A DNA stretch of 51,037 nucleotides from a virus (IMGVR_UViG_3300036851_000137:1-51037); one strand, 5' to 3'. Positions 9,444 through 19,319 are shown, counted from the stretch's first letter. A program made the numbers and translations. The notes: generated from the sequence alone by a model not told the origin.

Positions 9444-9534
9444 ATTTCGGGTCCGGTGTCAAGGGGGTTGAGCGGGTGCCATTACAGGTTGCACCGGCGG
9501 ATGGGTTCGCAGTCCTCTGTACAAAAAATCCGGC

Positions 9535-9642
9535 TGGGTGACATGGGTGACATGGGTGACATGGATTTCGGTATTTTGTCTATAACGCGCATATAAAGCG
9601 AGTTTTGAAGATATCATGTCACCTCATGTCACCTTGTCACCC
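9535..9642. repeat. Iteron-like repeats, probable replication origin
   Basis: (TGGGTGACA)x3 at 9535-9561 faces three inverted TGTCACC copies at 9615-9642 across an AT-richer spacer, directly downstream of the primase-helicase. Confidence 0.7.
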
Positions 9643-9653
9643 GTCAGCATTGC

Positions 9654-11570
9654 TTACCTATTATAGGGGTCAGAGTAGGGGTCGCTGGTCTCGGGTTTAG
9701 GTTTCCATTCTTCCTTTAAATCCAAGCCCAAGCGGGACCAAACACCCTTCGCGCCACGGTGTGTTGCGAAGCCTTTTTCGTTCAGTTTTCCGCCGAATGT
9801 AGAACGCGATAGTTGTGTTTGCCCGGTCTCTGTACACCACTTTGTGTACACATCATACAGAGTATCCACACGGCACGAATAGGTATTTTGTATTTCTGTA
9901 CAGTCGGAGAGGAACCCGGCGACCAAATCCTGCTCGTAACGATACTGGCTCGTAGCGTTTTCTACGGCAACCGGCAGTTGTAATCCAATATCTTGCCAGT
10001 CGAGGCAGCCGCGCACGATCCATGCAAGGATTCCCGGCAATTCGGTCTGTAGGGTGTCTTTGAGGAGATCATCCTTGACTGGCTGCCCGAGGAGCGCCTT
10101 GTCGGGATCTAGGAATGTAACGAGGAAGGGGAGGAGGCGGATGCGGCGCCAGATGCCGTGATCGGTGCCGCGGATTTGCGGCTTGTGATTGGTCGCGAGC
10201 CAGAGCTTGAACTTTGGTGTGAATTCGAAAAATTCGTGGTGTAGGTAGCGGGCTGCCATCCGATCGCCGCCGGTAGCCTGCTTGATCAGGCTTTCGGCAA
10301 GGCGGTGTTCCTGATCGGTCTCGACGACGGAGACGAGGCGAGCGCCAGCGAGGCGTGCAATGTCGTTGGATATACCGCTACCGCCCTTGTCCTTTGCCGT
10401 GAAGGTATCGGATGGGCATTGGCGGGTGTAGTCGTCGAGTATGGCAGCGACGGTTTCGAGAAGGACGGATTTGCCGTTCGAGCCGGAGCCATGAAGGATA
10501 AAAATCACATGCTCGCGCGTGATGCCGGTCATTGAATAGCCGAGGGCGCGCTGGGTGAACGCGACCATTTCTGGATCATCGGCGAAGATCCCCGCGACGA
10601 AGCTATCCCAGGTCGGGCATAGCGCATCGGGATTGAAGACGACGGGCGACAGCTTGGTTATCAGATCGACTTGGGCATGGGCGCGGATGTTGCCGGAGCG
10701 TAGGTCGATTGTCCCGTTCAAGACGTTGAACAGCCACGGATCTTTATCGAGATCGTCGGCGGTGAGTGCCAAGTGTGGTTCAGCTTGGGACATCATCCCA
10801 GCGATACGGGCTGAATACCCCGAGCTGATCGCCCATTTTGCGCGAGCTTCTTGGGCTTTTGGATCAGCGAGAAATGCGACCTCGGCGAAGATGGCTTTCG
10901 CAGTTAGATGAGCGAAGCGTTTGACCGCGACCTCACCCTCATCAATCTTCCAGCGGCGCCCATCCCATGCATACCACCCGACGTTGACGACGTAGCGGAG
11001 CCGATCACCGAATTGATTGATGAGCCGCTGCGCGTTGCCGATGTCGTTCTGCTCGAATTGAGCCAGGTCGATCGCGGCTTCGGCGTTGTCTGGCAGGATT
11101 TCGCCGGTTTCTTGATCGTAGTGTCCGCTACCATTAGGGCGATGTTCATCGCGACGGCCGATGCGGGATATATCGAATGGCTGGGCTATGCCTGCAGTTA
11201 GGCCGCTGGCGATCGTCGCGCGGACCGCCTGCGGACCTTCGCGCCATAGCCCACAATCGGCACTTGCAGCCTCAAGAGTTTGCTCGACGGCGGCACGGGA
11301 GAGCACGCCGGCCCCGACGAAATGCCCGAGCGCCAGGGCTGCATTGTTGAGCGTCGCGTTGCGCGACCCTTCTCTCGCTGCGGCTACGCGTCGCTGCTCG
11401 TTTCGCAGGGCTGCGTCAACGTATCTGCCGATCAACTCGCTGTTATCACGATTGGTCTGGCGTGTAGGCGATGGCGGAGGTGCAGGAGGGTCTGGCCTCT
11501 TGACGATCAGGTCAATCAGCCATTCGGCGCAGGGTTGCGGCTTGTCAGTGGATTCCCGTTCCGCTGACAT
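9654..11570 (-). CDS. P4-family primase/SF3 helicase (PriCT, D5_N, ATPase)
   Basis: EGSRNATLN, NDIGNAQRL, WYAWDGRRW, Walker A GSGSNGKS, KQATGGD, ATNHKPQI, GIWRRI. Confidence 0.9.
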   Translation of the reverse strand: MSAERESTDKPQPCAEWLIDLIVKRPDPPAPPPSPTRQTNRDNSELIGRYVDAALRNEQRRVAAAREGSRNATLNNAALALGHFVGAGVLSRAAVEQTLEAASADCGLWREGPQAVRATIASGLTAGIAQPFDISRIGRRDEHRPNGSGHYDQETGEILPDNAEAAIDLAQFEQNDIGNAQRLINQFGDRLRYVVNVGWYAWDGRRWKIDEGEVAVKRFAHLTAKAIFAEVAFLADPKAQEARAKWAISSGYSARIAGMMSQAEPHLALTADDLDKDPWLFNVLNGTIDLRSGNIRAHAQVDLITKLSPVVFNPDALCPTWDSFVAGIFADDPEMVAFTQRALGYSMTGITREHVIFILHGSGSNGKSVLLETVAAILDDYTRQCPSDTFTAKDKGGSGISNDIARLAGARLVSVVETDQEHRLAESLIKQATGGDRMAARYLHHEFFEFTPKFKLWLATNHKPQIRGTDHGIWRRIRLLPFLVTFLDPDKALLGQPVKDDLLKDTLQTELPGILAWIVRGCLDWQDIGLQLPVAVENATSQYRYEQDLVAGFLSDCTEIQNTYSCRVDTLYDVYTKWCTETGQTQLSRSTFGGKLNEKGFATHRGAKGVWSRLGLDLKEEWKPKPETSDPYSDPYNR

Positions 11571-12066
11571 AGCACCGTCCTGATATGTGATTGCTCGGGG
11601 GGGCGATGACGTATCCGCCCTCACCCCGCACGTCTAAGCCTGGCCCGAGCGCATCGCTGCTGTTGGGGATTACGCGCCCATCAGTAGGCCAAGCGAAATA
11701 ATAATGCCAGCCCTGCCCACCAGTGCTAACCATCAAGGTAGTGGGAAGCCGGCTATGCGTGGCCTCAAGCTCGGCGAGGGCCGCAAGCCCACCCTTTGCT
11801 GGGTCGATGTCCAGCACCCATAGGCCGGATTTAGACCCGCACGCTATGGCAATGTTGGAGCGGGGCCAGCGCCGCCACCAACCCTTGATCTTGTTGATAT
11901 CGGTCGTGGCCGCTGATCCCCAGCGGACGCGCGGATGTTTACCTGCATTCTTGATGCATGTCGGATCGCCGCAGGCGCAACTGCGATCGGGCTTGACCTC
12001 GAAGGCTGGGAAGACGAGCCAACCATTCGCCGCATATGCCAGCGCGGCATCGAGAAGCGCGGACAC
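11545..12066 (-). CDS. Bifunctional primase-polymerase (Prim-Pol) domain; probably the frameshifted N-terminus of the helicase
   Basis: AALAYAANGWLVFP, GKHP, NIAIACG, VLDID, STGGQGWHYYF, LDVRGEGGYVIAPPS. Confidence 0.88.
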   Translation of the reverse strand: MSALLDAALAYAANGWLVFPAFEVKPDRSCACGDPTCIKNAGKHPRVRWGSAATTDINKIKGWWRRWPRSNIAIACGSKSGLWVLDIDPAKGGLAALAELEATHSRLPTTLMVSTGGQGWHYYFAWPTDGRVIPNSSDALGPGLDVRGEGGYVIAPPSNHISGRCYVSGTGIH

Positions 12067-12078
12067 CGCGCCGCGTCC

Positions 12079-12381
12079 TTAGTTTAGTGCTCCGGGGTGT
12101 TCGGTTGAGACAAGCCCCACGAGGGCATCCGAAAAGCGATCAGCGAGCGCCCGGTCCTTCCATTGCAGGATCGAGAGGTATTGCGCCTTGCCGTCTTTCA
12201 TCACAGGCGACCCGTCCTTTGCAATGTGCGGCTTTGCTGGCAAGGAAGCCCAAGACTTCCCATTGCTGGTGTGGAGCGAGATATCTTTGACGATGAGCCC
12301 GCTGGGCAACTCAACGGTCGCAAACCCTCGGAGGGAGTTTTTCGAGAGGGGGCGGAATTCGCGGAGGATCATGCCGGCCAT
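12079..12381 (-). CDS. SpoVG-like nucleic-acid-binding protein (putative SSB)
   Basis: LRGFATVELPSGLIVKDISL...WASLPAKP pattern. Confidence 0.6.
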   Translation of the reverse strand: MAGMILREFRPLSKNSLRGFATVELPSGLIVKDISLHTSNGKSWASLPAKPHIAKDGSPVMKDGKAQYLSILQWKDRALADRFSDALVGLVSTEHPGALN

Positions 12382-12384
12382 CGG

Positions 12385-12693
12385 CTATTCCTCCCACCTT
12401 ATGAAGGTTATGCCCTTGTGTTGCCAGATTTGCAGCTTGAGGGTTTCATGATCGGGGCCGCTCTCCGCCTCGCAGGTCTCGCACCAAAAGCCGACACTCA
12501 AGCCTTGTCGACGGTCTGAGGGATTCCGGTTCGGATCGCCAGTTTTTGGCCCATAGCCAGGCCGTACCAGGACGGCGAGCGATAAAGCATCCTCTTGGGG
12601 GCGATTGAACACCTCGACGGTGCCCTGGTGCAGATTTTCGCCCCGGCATTTCGGGCAGCATAGAATATTGTCGGAATTGATTGCGACGTTCAC
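12385..12693 (-). CDS. Hypothetical Zn-ribbon protein
   Basis: GGAGGAG RBS before the GTG at 12693; CPKC, FWCETC, NPS.RR and QHKG.T motifs. Confidence 0.65.
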   Translation of the reverse strand: MNVAINSDNILCCPKCRGENLHQGTVEVFNRPQEDALSLAVLVRPGYGPKTGDPNRNPSDRRQGLSVGFWCETCEAESGPDHETLKLQIWQHKGITFIRWEE

Positions 12694-12857
12694 GCGACTC
12701 CTCCCAACCTCCCCCAAAGAATAGAAAGAGCGCGGGCCTGCCCAGATGATACCGGCCGGGGAGGCTTCGGCGATGTAGCGGGCTAGTCGCTCGGTTAGCT
12801 AGACCGAACGGGCCCGCGCTCGCGGCCATCATACGCGGTACGGCAGCGGACGCAATC

Positions 12858-13028
12858 CTAATCTGGCGGCAGGATCGCCCGGTTCATCAGCACCCGAAGC
12901 CGCGTCCGCTCGTAAAGCGAAAGGATGCCCGTGTCACGCTTGTGCAGCAGCGCCTCGCGCTCCATAACCTCGGCCATCGTGTTGTGGTTCCACGGGAACG
13001 AGTGGCGCCGGCAGGCCCATCCGGTCAT
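12858..13028 (-). CDS. Hypothetical protein (56 aa)
   Basis: Translated by hand; ATGA overlap with the exonuclease stop. Confidence 0.45.
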   Translation of the reverse strand: MTGWACRRHSFPWNHNTMAEVMEREALLHKRDTGILSLYERTRLRVLMNRAILPPD

Positions 13029-13708
13029 TGCTGCGCCTGAAACTGCGCGGCGAGTTGGTCAAGCGCGAGTTGCCCCATCGCAATCCGCTCATCGAAGAAG
13101 CCGGTTGTGCGGGCGCGGCGCTCAATCTCGTCTTTCATGTCGTTGAATTCATCGAGCGCATGGCTGAGATCCGCGATAAAGCCGTCGTCGCGATCGGTCT
13201 TGACGAGGCGGGGCGGCATCTCGGGATGGAATGACCAACGCGCGACCCACTCGGCCTCCCCGACCATAATCTGGCCCTGTGCCTGTGCCATGTAGTCGGC
13301 TCCGAACCCATCAATGAGGTATTCAAGGTGGACCCACGGCGTTGGACATTTGCACTCCAGAAACGCTGGCATCCCAACGATGCGCCGATCAGGCGTGGCA
13401 CCGGCGCGCATATCATCCGTTGTCAGAAAGCCCACGGGCGCGGTCTCTACATCCTCGCAAGCCTCGTACATCCGAACCGCCATCGACTCCAAATCCTTGC
13501 CACGCTGGATGTGTTCGATGTGGTCGAGGCTATCGAGCGAGTAGTTGAGCAGCTTTTCGGCAACGAGCCGGAAGGCATAGCCACGCGCCTGTTTCGAGAA
13601 CTTGCGCGTGGCGGGGGTCAGTATTCGGTGGAAATTGCTTGCCGTGGCGATGCCGAGCCTGACTTGTAACCAGTCGCCAGATCCTGGAGAGACATTCCAT
13701 TCCTTCAT
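13025..13708 (-). CDS. YqaJ / lambda-exonuclease-like recombination nuclease
   Basis: WLQVRLGIATAS, RGKDLE, GATPD, LECKCP, QAQGQI. Confidence 0.9.
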   Translation of the reverse strand: MKEWNVSPGSGDWLQVRLGIATASNFHRILTPATRKFSKQARGYAFRLVAEKLLNYSLDSLDHIEHIQRGKDLESMAVRMYEACEDVETAPVGFLTTDDMRAGATPDRRIVGMPAFLECKCPTPWVHLEYLIDGFGADYMAQAQGQIMVGEAEWVARWSFHPEMPPRLVKTDRDDGFIADLSHALDEFNDMKDEIERRARTTGFFDERIAMGQLALDQLAAQFQAQQ

Positions 13709-14472
13709 TCTGATTTCTCCTTCGCCCGGCGGCGGCGCATATTGATGGCGTTGCGCGCGATGGCAAGTTGATCTTTGCGGACCTCCGGCAAGCCGGGCAC
13801 GCCGAGCAAATCGAGCATCCCTTGAAGAGGGAACCCCACGCCCGCCATTTCGCGGCTTAGCTCGGCGACCTGAACATCGGTGATCGTCTCTTGCCCACCG
13901 CGCAGACCGTCGTCGTCGTCGCCCTCGCGCACGATGTTGAGCAGCATTTCAGCCGTATAGCGCTTCCCATAACTGAGGGTCGAACCCATCGCCTGGAGAT
14001 TGTTGCGGCCGGGTCCGGTGTCGAGCGCAAGCGGCAGCGAGGCCGATTTACTATGCCCGTCGCGGTGGAGCAGCGTTCCGGTGACAACGAGGCCCCCGCC
14101 CTCGCCCTGGCGCGGCGCGCTGTCGAATATGAGGCGGAACCCGGCCGCCTGGAGCATCGGAGAGATGATGAGGTCAATATCCTCCCACCGTGCGAATGGA
14201 TAGGTGCCGCCATCCGTGCCGTCCTTGCGGATCAGCGTCACCCGCCCATTCTTCTTCACGCGGATGGGCGGTAGCCCGGCGAGCGCCCGGTTAAACTCGA
14301 TCTCGCCTTGCCGCGCCATCATGCGCTCTTGTAGTTCGAGCAGCGCCATCATCTTGGCCGGATCTATCGCCGGGTTTGCGGCGGCTCGCTCGATCACGGC
14401 GAGCATATTGCCAGCACCGTTCGGCTGCGGTTCCAGCGTGTCATCGCGGCCAGTACCTATAGCGTCGCTCAT
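13705..14472 (-). CDS. ERF-family single-strand annealing protein
   Basis: VTGTLLHRDGHS, QAMGSTLSYGKRY, DDDG; start at ATG 14472 with GGAG RBS. Confidence 0.88.
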   Translation of the reverse strand: MSDAIGTGRDDTLEPQPNGAGNMLAVIERAAANPAIDPAKMMALLELQERMMARQGEIEFNRALAGLPPIRVKKNGRVTLIRKDGTDGGTYPFARWEDIDLIISPMLQAAGFRLIFDSAPRQGEGGGLVVTGTLLHRDGHSKSASLPLALDTGPGRNNLQAMGSTLSYGKRYTAEMLLNIVREGDDDDGLRGGQETITDVQVAELSREMAGVGFPLQGMLDLLGVPGLPEVRKDQLAIARNAINMRRRRAKEKSE

Positions 14473-14687
14473 GGATTCTCCCCATAGATATCCGGCCGCA
14501 GCGCATGCCGCGAGATGCCGGTAAGCCGCTCGACCTCGAGCACGCGCGTCGCCGGCACCCGGCCACGCAGGCGCCAGCTGGAGAGCGCTTGCGGCGTAAT
14601 CTCTAAGAGGCGAGCTAACCTGCCCAGCCCCCCGAGAGTGGCGGCGGCACGATCCAAAGCCTCGCGGCTGTTTTCTGTAACCATCAT
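14469..14687 (-). CDS. Cro-like HTH regulator (YdaS-like)
   Basis: GGLGRLARLLEITPQALSSW...VP...VERLTGISRHALRPDIY. Confidence 0.88.
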   Translation of the reverse strand: MMVTENSREALDRAAATLGGLGRLARLLEITPQALSSWRLRGRVPATRVLEVERLTGISRHALRPDIYGENP

Positions 14688-14902
14688 GCGGCCCGATTAT
14701 CGACAATGCGAAACCCGCTCTCATGGCACAGCGTGCTGCAGCGTTTTTCGCCGTCGTACTTAACAGGCCACCAGCCGTCGCCGGGGAGCGGAAGCATGTC
14801 GGGCATGATCCGGCAGACCTTGGCCGGATACCAAACCGTCTCGTTGCTCATGCTGAACCCGCTGACTTCGATGCGTGTCCCGGCTTTGATCTTGCGTGCC
14901 AT
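14684..14902 (-). CDS. Hypothetical protein
   Basis: First gene after the leftward promoter; ATGA overlap with cro. Confidence 0.55.
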   Translation of the reverse strand: MARKIKAGTRIEVSGFSMSNETVWYPAKVCRIMPDMLPLPGDGWWPVKYDGEKRCSTLCHESGFRIVDNRAA

Positions 14903-14935
14903 GTCGCGTCCCCTCGGTGTCTGATCCATATCTGC

Positions 14936-15007
14936 ACCGTATCACAGGCAAAATCGTACCGCAAGCGAAAATTGATGGTTGACACCCTCGCCGCGCCTCG
15001 CTATGTT
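14936..15007. promoter_or_regulatory. Back-to-back sigma70-type promoters
   Basis: Plus strand: TTGACA(14979)-17 nt-TATGTT. Minus strand: TTGCGG(14964)-17 nt-TACGGT. Both lie at the strand switch. Confidence 0.6.
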
Positions 15008-15032
15008 CGGTGTCGAGAGAACGGAGGACGCC

Positions 15033-15383
15033 ATGAGCATCACATATAGCAACCCGCGCATGGAAGCCGCGATCGATGGGTGGCCGATCGGCAACAAGCG
15101 GACCACGGCACATTTCGCGATCGAGACCGACGCGAAGCGCGGCCAGCGCGGCACCCGGTTCACGATCGACCCAAGGACGGGCAAACCGAGCGCGACCAAG
15201 AAGCTTACCTATGGGCGGCAAGCGCGGATCGTGGACGGCAGCGACGGCAAGACATACATAGTCACGCATACCGGAATGTATGACTTCTATTACGTCATGC
15301 AGAGCAACATGCAGTACACGGCCGAAAGCATCATGGGCGACGATCCACGTTTCGCTGATATGCGCGCATTGTTCGCAGCCTGA
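15033..15383 (+). CDS. Hypothetical protein
   Basis: GGAGG RBS before the ATG at 15033. Confidence 0.7.
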   Translation: MSITYSNPRMEAAIDGWPIGNKRTTAHFAIETDAKRGQRGTRFTIDPRTGKPSATKKLTYGRQARIVDGSDGKTYIVTHTGMYDFYYVMQSNMQYTAESIMGDDPRFADMRALFAA

Positions 15384-15490
15384 CCCGCAACGCAACCGAG
15401 GGGATGAGACGATGAACTGGCCCGCTACCACGTAATCCGCGAACCAATGCACCGTACCTACAGCTCGGGCTGTCGCCGCGAAATACGCGC

Positions 15491-15694
15491 GTGATGTGCC
15501 ACATCGACGGCGTGTCCCTCCGCTATCGACTGTTCCGCGAGGCGGATACGTGGTTGATTGGTATTGACATCAACTGGCGCGAGACGGGCGAGCGATCCGT
15601 CTACCGCGAATTCACGAGCTACCGCGATGCGTGTCGGTTTGCCAATGCCGATTGTCGTCGCCGTCAAACGTTTCGCATCGTTGGCGCTGCGTAG
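15491..15694 (+). CDS. Hypothetical protein
   Basis: ORF track; within the plus-strand operon. Confidence 0.45.
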   Translation: MMCHIDGVSLRYRLFREADTWLIGIDINWRETGERSVYREFTSYRDACRFANADCRRRQTFRIVGAA

Positions 15695-15732
15695 GCGAGT
15701 GCCGATAAATACCTTTATCAGCAAGGGGATGC

Positions 15733-15930
15733 ATGATGGGATATGACACCTGGAAAGCAACCAATCCAGACGACGACACGCTCGACCCCGCGCCGGAATG
15801 GCCCGAGGACATCTACGCGACCCAAGCTGAAGCGACGGCAGCGGCCCGTGATGCCGGTCTGGTTCCGCGCCAATATCGGCTTGCTCCGCTGCCCGTTGGT
15901 TGGTCGGTTGAGCCAGAGTTCTTCGGATGA
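15733..15930 (+). CDS. Hypothetical protein
   Basis: GYDTWKATNP motif; RBS present. Confidence 0.55.
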   Translation: MMGYDTWKATNPDDDTLDPAPEWPEDIYATQAEATAAARDAGLVPRQYRLAPLPVGWSVEPEFFG

Positions 15931-16142
15931 TAAGCCCCGACGACAAACGGCTGGACGTTGCCCGGCAGAGTATCATAGCAGCGGACGCGGAGTTTGAGGC
16001 GTTACGAGGCGAGGCGGTGAGCAAGCGAGCGATGATCGAGCTTGATAACTGCATGGAGCTTTGCGACTCTCTGCTCGCCCGCATCGGCACGTGCCGCGCC
16101 GCGTTGGCTAATGAGCGTGCCGATAAAATGCCTTCTGAGTAA
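15927..16142 (+). CDS. Hypothetical protein
   Basis: ATGA overlap with the upstream gene. Confidence 0.55.
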   Translation: MISPDDKRLDVARQSIIAADAEFEALRGEAVSKRAMIELDNCMELCDSLLARIGTCRAALANERADKMPSE

Positions 16143-16153
16143 GGAAACCAAAA

Positions 16154-16327
16154 ATGCAGTTCTATTTTCGTGTTCGGGTCATTCTTGAAGGGGTGACGAT
16201 CACCGTTGATGCCGAATCACGGGAAGAAGCAGAGGAAAAAGCGCGCGCTGGAAATTGGGCAGATATGGATACCGGGACAGCAGAGCTTACCGACTGGAGC
16301 TCTCTACGTTTCGCGGGGCATGAGTGA
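16154..16327 (+). CDS. Small hypothetical protein (VDAESREEAEEKA motif)
   Basis: Not in track; AAGGA RBS; bracketed by boundary sites 16120 and 16327. Confidence 0.65.
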   Translation: MQFYFRVRVILEGVTITVDAESREEAEEKARAGNWADMDTGTAELTDWSSLRFAGHE

Positions 16328-16364
16328 CCTTAAACGCGCTTATCGGTAAGGGAAGAAACGGAAA

Positions 16365-16682
16365 ATGGCAAAGCTAAAATGGGTGCCGGGACCGTGGCTG
16401 GCGCGTGATAACGGAGTATGCTGGCAGATAGATGCCGCGCAAGACGCTGTGGCAACGACGCAATTTTGCTACGCTCGCGAGACTGCTGCCAACGCCCGCC
16501 TGATCGCCGCCGCGCCCGAGCTTTACGAGGCGCTATCCAAACTGGCTAACGAGGTGGCCGGAATTTGCGAGTTGGCAGAAGCGGCGATCCGCGAGGGCGC
16601 CGGGCACACGAATTATTCGGTACTCTGGCAGCGTCAAGCCGAAGCCACGCTGGCCCTCGCCAAAGCTAGAGGCGAGCCATGA
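16365..16682 (+). CDS. Conserved phage protein (PGPW...ANARLIAAAPEL family)
   Basis: Recognisable motif; paralogous to 30245..30556. Confidence 0.75.
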   Translation: MAKLKWVPGPWLARDNGVCWQIDAAQDAVATTQFCYARETAANARLIAAAPELYEALSKLANEVAGICELAEAAIREGAGHTNYSVLWQRQAEATLALAKARGEP

Positions 16683-17185
16683 CCCGCGTCGCAACCGCGA
16701 TCCTCGCCGTGCTCATAGCCGCCGGCACGGTCGGCGCGCTGGCTGTCGCCGAGCCGTCGCCCGCGACGTTCAGCGGGGATGCTGTCGTGGTAGATGGGGA
16801 CAGCCTCCGCGTGGGAGGCGTGCGCGTGCGCCTCGCTTACATCGACGCGCCTGAGAGCGGACAGACCTGCTACGACGCTCAGCGGACGCCCTGGCGTTGC
16901 GGAGAGGCAGCTACACGGGCGCTGCAACGGATGATCGCCCTCGATTTGCGCGTGACGTGCCAAGCGAAGGCGACCGACCGCTACCAGCGCACGATCGCGG
17001 TTTGTCGCAATGGAGACGGGGATCTCGGCAAGCGCATGGTCGCGCTCGGCATGGCGGTTCGCTACGAGCGCTACGCCGACGACGCCTACCGCGACGAGCA
17101 GGCTGCGGCGAAGACCGAGCGGCTCGGGTTGTGGAACGGCGACTTTATGATGCCCGAGCAATGGCGCCGTAACGTACTCAGATAG
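16679..17185 (+). CDS. Thermonuclease (SNase) with signal peptide
   Basis: VVDGDSL, VRLAYIDAPE, DRYQRTIA, ERLGLW. Confidence 0.9.
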   Translation: MTRVATAILAVLIAAGTVGALAVAEPSPATFSGDAVVVDGDSLRVGGVRVRLAYIDAPESGQTCYDAQRTPWRCGEAATRALQRMIALDLRVTCQAKATDRYQRTIAVCRNGDGDLGKRMVALGMAVRYERYADDAYRDEQAAAKTERLGLWNGDFMMPEQWRRNVLR

Positions 17186-17194
17186 GATAGGGCG

Positions 17195-17377
17195 ATGATT
17201 TGGGAACGTATGTGCTACAATTTGCACAAACAAGGTATGCCGCGCACCGCCATCGCGGCCCGGCTGGCTGATACCTATGGCGGCACAACCCACGAATGGC
17301 TGCTAGAGGATTTCGATTACGCGATCGAACTCTGCGAGCGTGGCCCGGTTCCCGGCTATGAACACCCTGACTGTTAA
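17195..17377 (+). CDS. Hypothetical protein
   Basis: ORF track; stop lies inside a boundary site. Confidence 0.5.
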   Translation: MIWERMCYNLHKQGMPRTAIAARLADTYGGTTHEWLLEDFDYAIELCERGPVPGYEHPDC

Positions 17378-17398
17378 TCCCTCTTAAGGACACGCAAA

Positions 17399-17608
17399 AT
17401 GAATTGTCCGATAAAGTATCGCTCGCCGTTTGGTGAAAACTATTGTCTAGCATGGCTCATTTATCACGGGGCATTCACGATAATAGGCGCGGCCATGTTG
17501 ACTATCACGCTCGGGTGGTCGTGTGCTCCGATCGGAATGATCCCTGGTGTTGTTGCCGGCATAGGCAATTTCTTGATAGATCGGTCGTTTGACCGGCGTC
17601 GCTCATAA
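17399..17608 (+). CDS. Small membrane protein
   Basis: Two hydrophobic segments; bracketed by sites 17371 and 17602. Confidence 0.55.
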   Translation: MNCPIKYRSPFGENYCLAWLIYHGAFTIIGAAMLTITLGWSCAPIGMIPGVVAGIGNFLIDRSFDRRRS

Positions 17609-17636
17609 TCGCTTTTAACAGCAAGGAGTAGGAAGG

Positions 17637-18239
17637 ATGGCAAAGGATGCAGTCGCGACGATGGGAAGTGTACTGCCAGACGATGCCGGCGGTCGCGACG
17701 CCGTGCATGTTGCGGTATTCTCGGCTACGTCGCCAGCGCGGTTACTGCCGGGACAGGCGGTCGGTATAGTTGAACCCGAGCCGAATGATCTCGGCGATAC
17801 GGTCGTGACGGGCAGCGGCGCGTCGGCGCCGGTCGGCATCGTTGATCCATTCATCGCTGGGGCGATCCCGGCGGGCGAACGGTTCTGGGTTTACCTGTTC
17901 CCGCGGACGATCACGGCGCTGTCGCACCGCTGGAGCCATCCGGCGTTTGAGGATACGGGCGGCAATGCCTACGCGACGCCAGGCAGCAAGGCTGCGTCTG
18001 AGAAGTGGCTACAGGATTTCTGCGAAGGTGCCGACTGCCCTGGCTATCACGCCGTCATGGGCAAGGCTGAGCACATCGCCAACGGCGGGTCTGGCTCGCA
18101 ATATGACGACGAATATATGCACTTTGACGGGCAGGATGCGCACGGCGAAATCCCGCCGGAGTTCTGGGATCATGTCGAGGTCGTGCTTGGGCGGAAGATC
18201 GCCGGAACGAAATCCAGCTATTTCAGCTGCTCGTGCTGA
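17637..18239 (+). CDS. Conserved phage hypothetical protein
   Basis: RDAVHVAV, GIVDPF, P.TIT.L.H.WSHPAF motifs, C-terminal FSCSC. Confidence 0.75.
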   Translation: MAKDAVATMGSVLPDDAGGRDAVHVAVFSATSPARLLPGQAVGIVEPEPNDLGDTVVTGSGASAPVGIVDPFIAGAIPAGERFWVYLFPRTITALSHRWSHPAFEDTGGNAYATPGSKAASEKWLQDFCEGADCPGYHAVMGKAEHIANGGSGSQYDDEYMHFDGQDAHGEIPPEFWDHVEVVLGRKIAGTKSSYFSCSC

Positions 18240-18267
18240 TAACGTCACTTAACGGTAAGGGGAACCC

Positions 18268-19026
18268 ATGCGCGCTGTGATATTCGATATAGACGGTACC
18301 CTCGCGGATGCTAGCCATCGGCTGCACCACGTCACCGGTGGCAACCGAAATTGGGATGCGTTCTTCGCTGCGATGGGCGATGATCCTGTTGTTGAGCCGA
18401 TCCGAGACCTGTTGAATAGCATCACGCGCGGAAGTGATAACCCTATCGTCTTGTGTTCGGGGCGCCCCGAGAATTATCGGGACATAACTGAGGACTGGCT
18501 GCGCCGCCATCAGATCTCGTGGGCTGCTCTCTATATGCGTCCCGAAGGTGATCATCGCGCCGATCACATTGTTAAGGCCCAGTTGCTCACGGGGATGCGC
18601 GGGGATGGATTTGAGCCTTGGATCGCCGTTGATGATCGCCCGAGCATCGTAGCGATGTGGCGCGAGAACGGTATCACCTGCCTGCAATGTCGCGATTGGG
18701 ATGACCGCCACGCGAACCCGGCCAAGACCACGCCTGGACTTTTGACAATAATGGTCGGCCCTAGCGGCGGCGGGAAGACGACGTGGCTGCGCAGTGCGCA
18801 CGCGCTATTCCGAGGAATCGAGCCTCGACACGTCGTCAGCAGCGACGAAATCCGCGAAGATCTGTGCGGCGATTTCCGGTCGCAGGAACGCAACGATGAG
18901 GTGTTTGCCGCACTTCACGCGATCGTGAAGACGCGCCTCGCACGAGGAGATCATTTGTTGCGATTGTCTCAGCAAAGGCGACTGACGTTAATACGCTTTC
19001 TGAGTAAGGAATCGCCCATTGACTGA
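18268..19026 (+). pseudogene. Polynucleotide kinase-phosphatase (HAD plus P-loop), kinase domain truncated
   Basis: FDIDGTL, SGR and DDR HAD motifs; GPSGGGKTT and SSDEIR; similarity stops after KTRLARG, before the expected DATN motif. Confidence 0.7.
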
Positions 19027-19228
19027 TAGCGAGCAAATCAAGCTGTACGCCGAATTGCTGTGGTGGGTGCTCGCCCTATTGGCAGCGTTCTCACCCTTGG
19101 CGTTGGCCGGCATTATCGCTATGGCGCGACCGCCGTTTGGGAGCGCCTTGATGCAACCCCGATCACCGCCGCCAACATTCGAGAAATGGTTAGCTGCAAG
19201 AGACGATAAGGAGAAAGCCAAGTCGTGA
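19019..19228 (+). CDS. Small membrane protein
   Basis: TTG start after AAGGA; hydrophobic helix. Confidence 0.45.
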   Translation: MTDSEQIKLYAELLWWVLALLAAFSPLALAGIIAMARPPFGSALMQPRSPPPTFEKWLAARDDKEKAKS

Positions 19229-19319
19229 GTGGCTTGAAAACCGCGACCGCCGATGGGAGGTCAATCGCCCGCGCTGTTTGCGCCTTTCCGCGCCGGCTCC
19301 CCGCTTCCGCGATCGGCAA

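Noticed and set aside
14472-14724. Extended N-terminus of the ERF ORF in the track
   Set aside because: It overlaps the cro gene completely; the ATG at 14472 has a good RBS.
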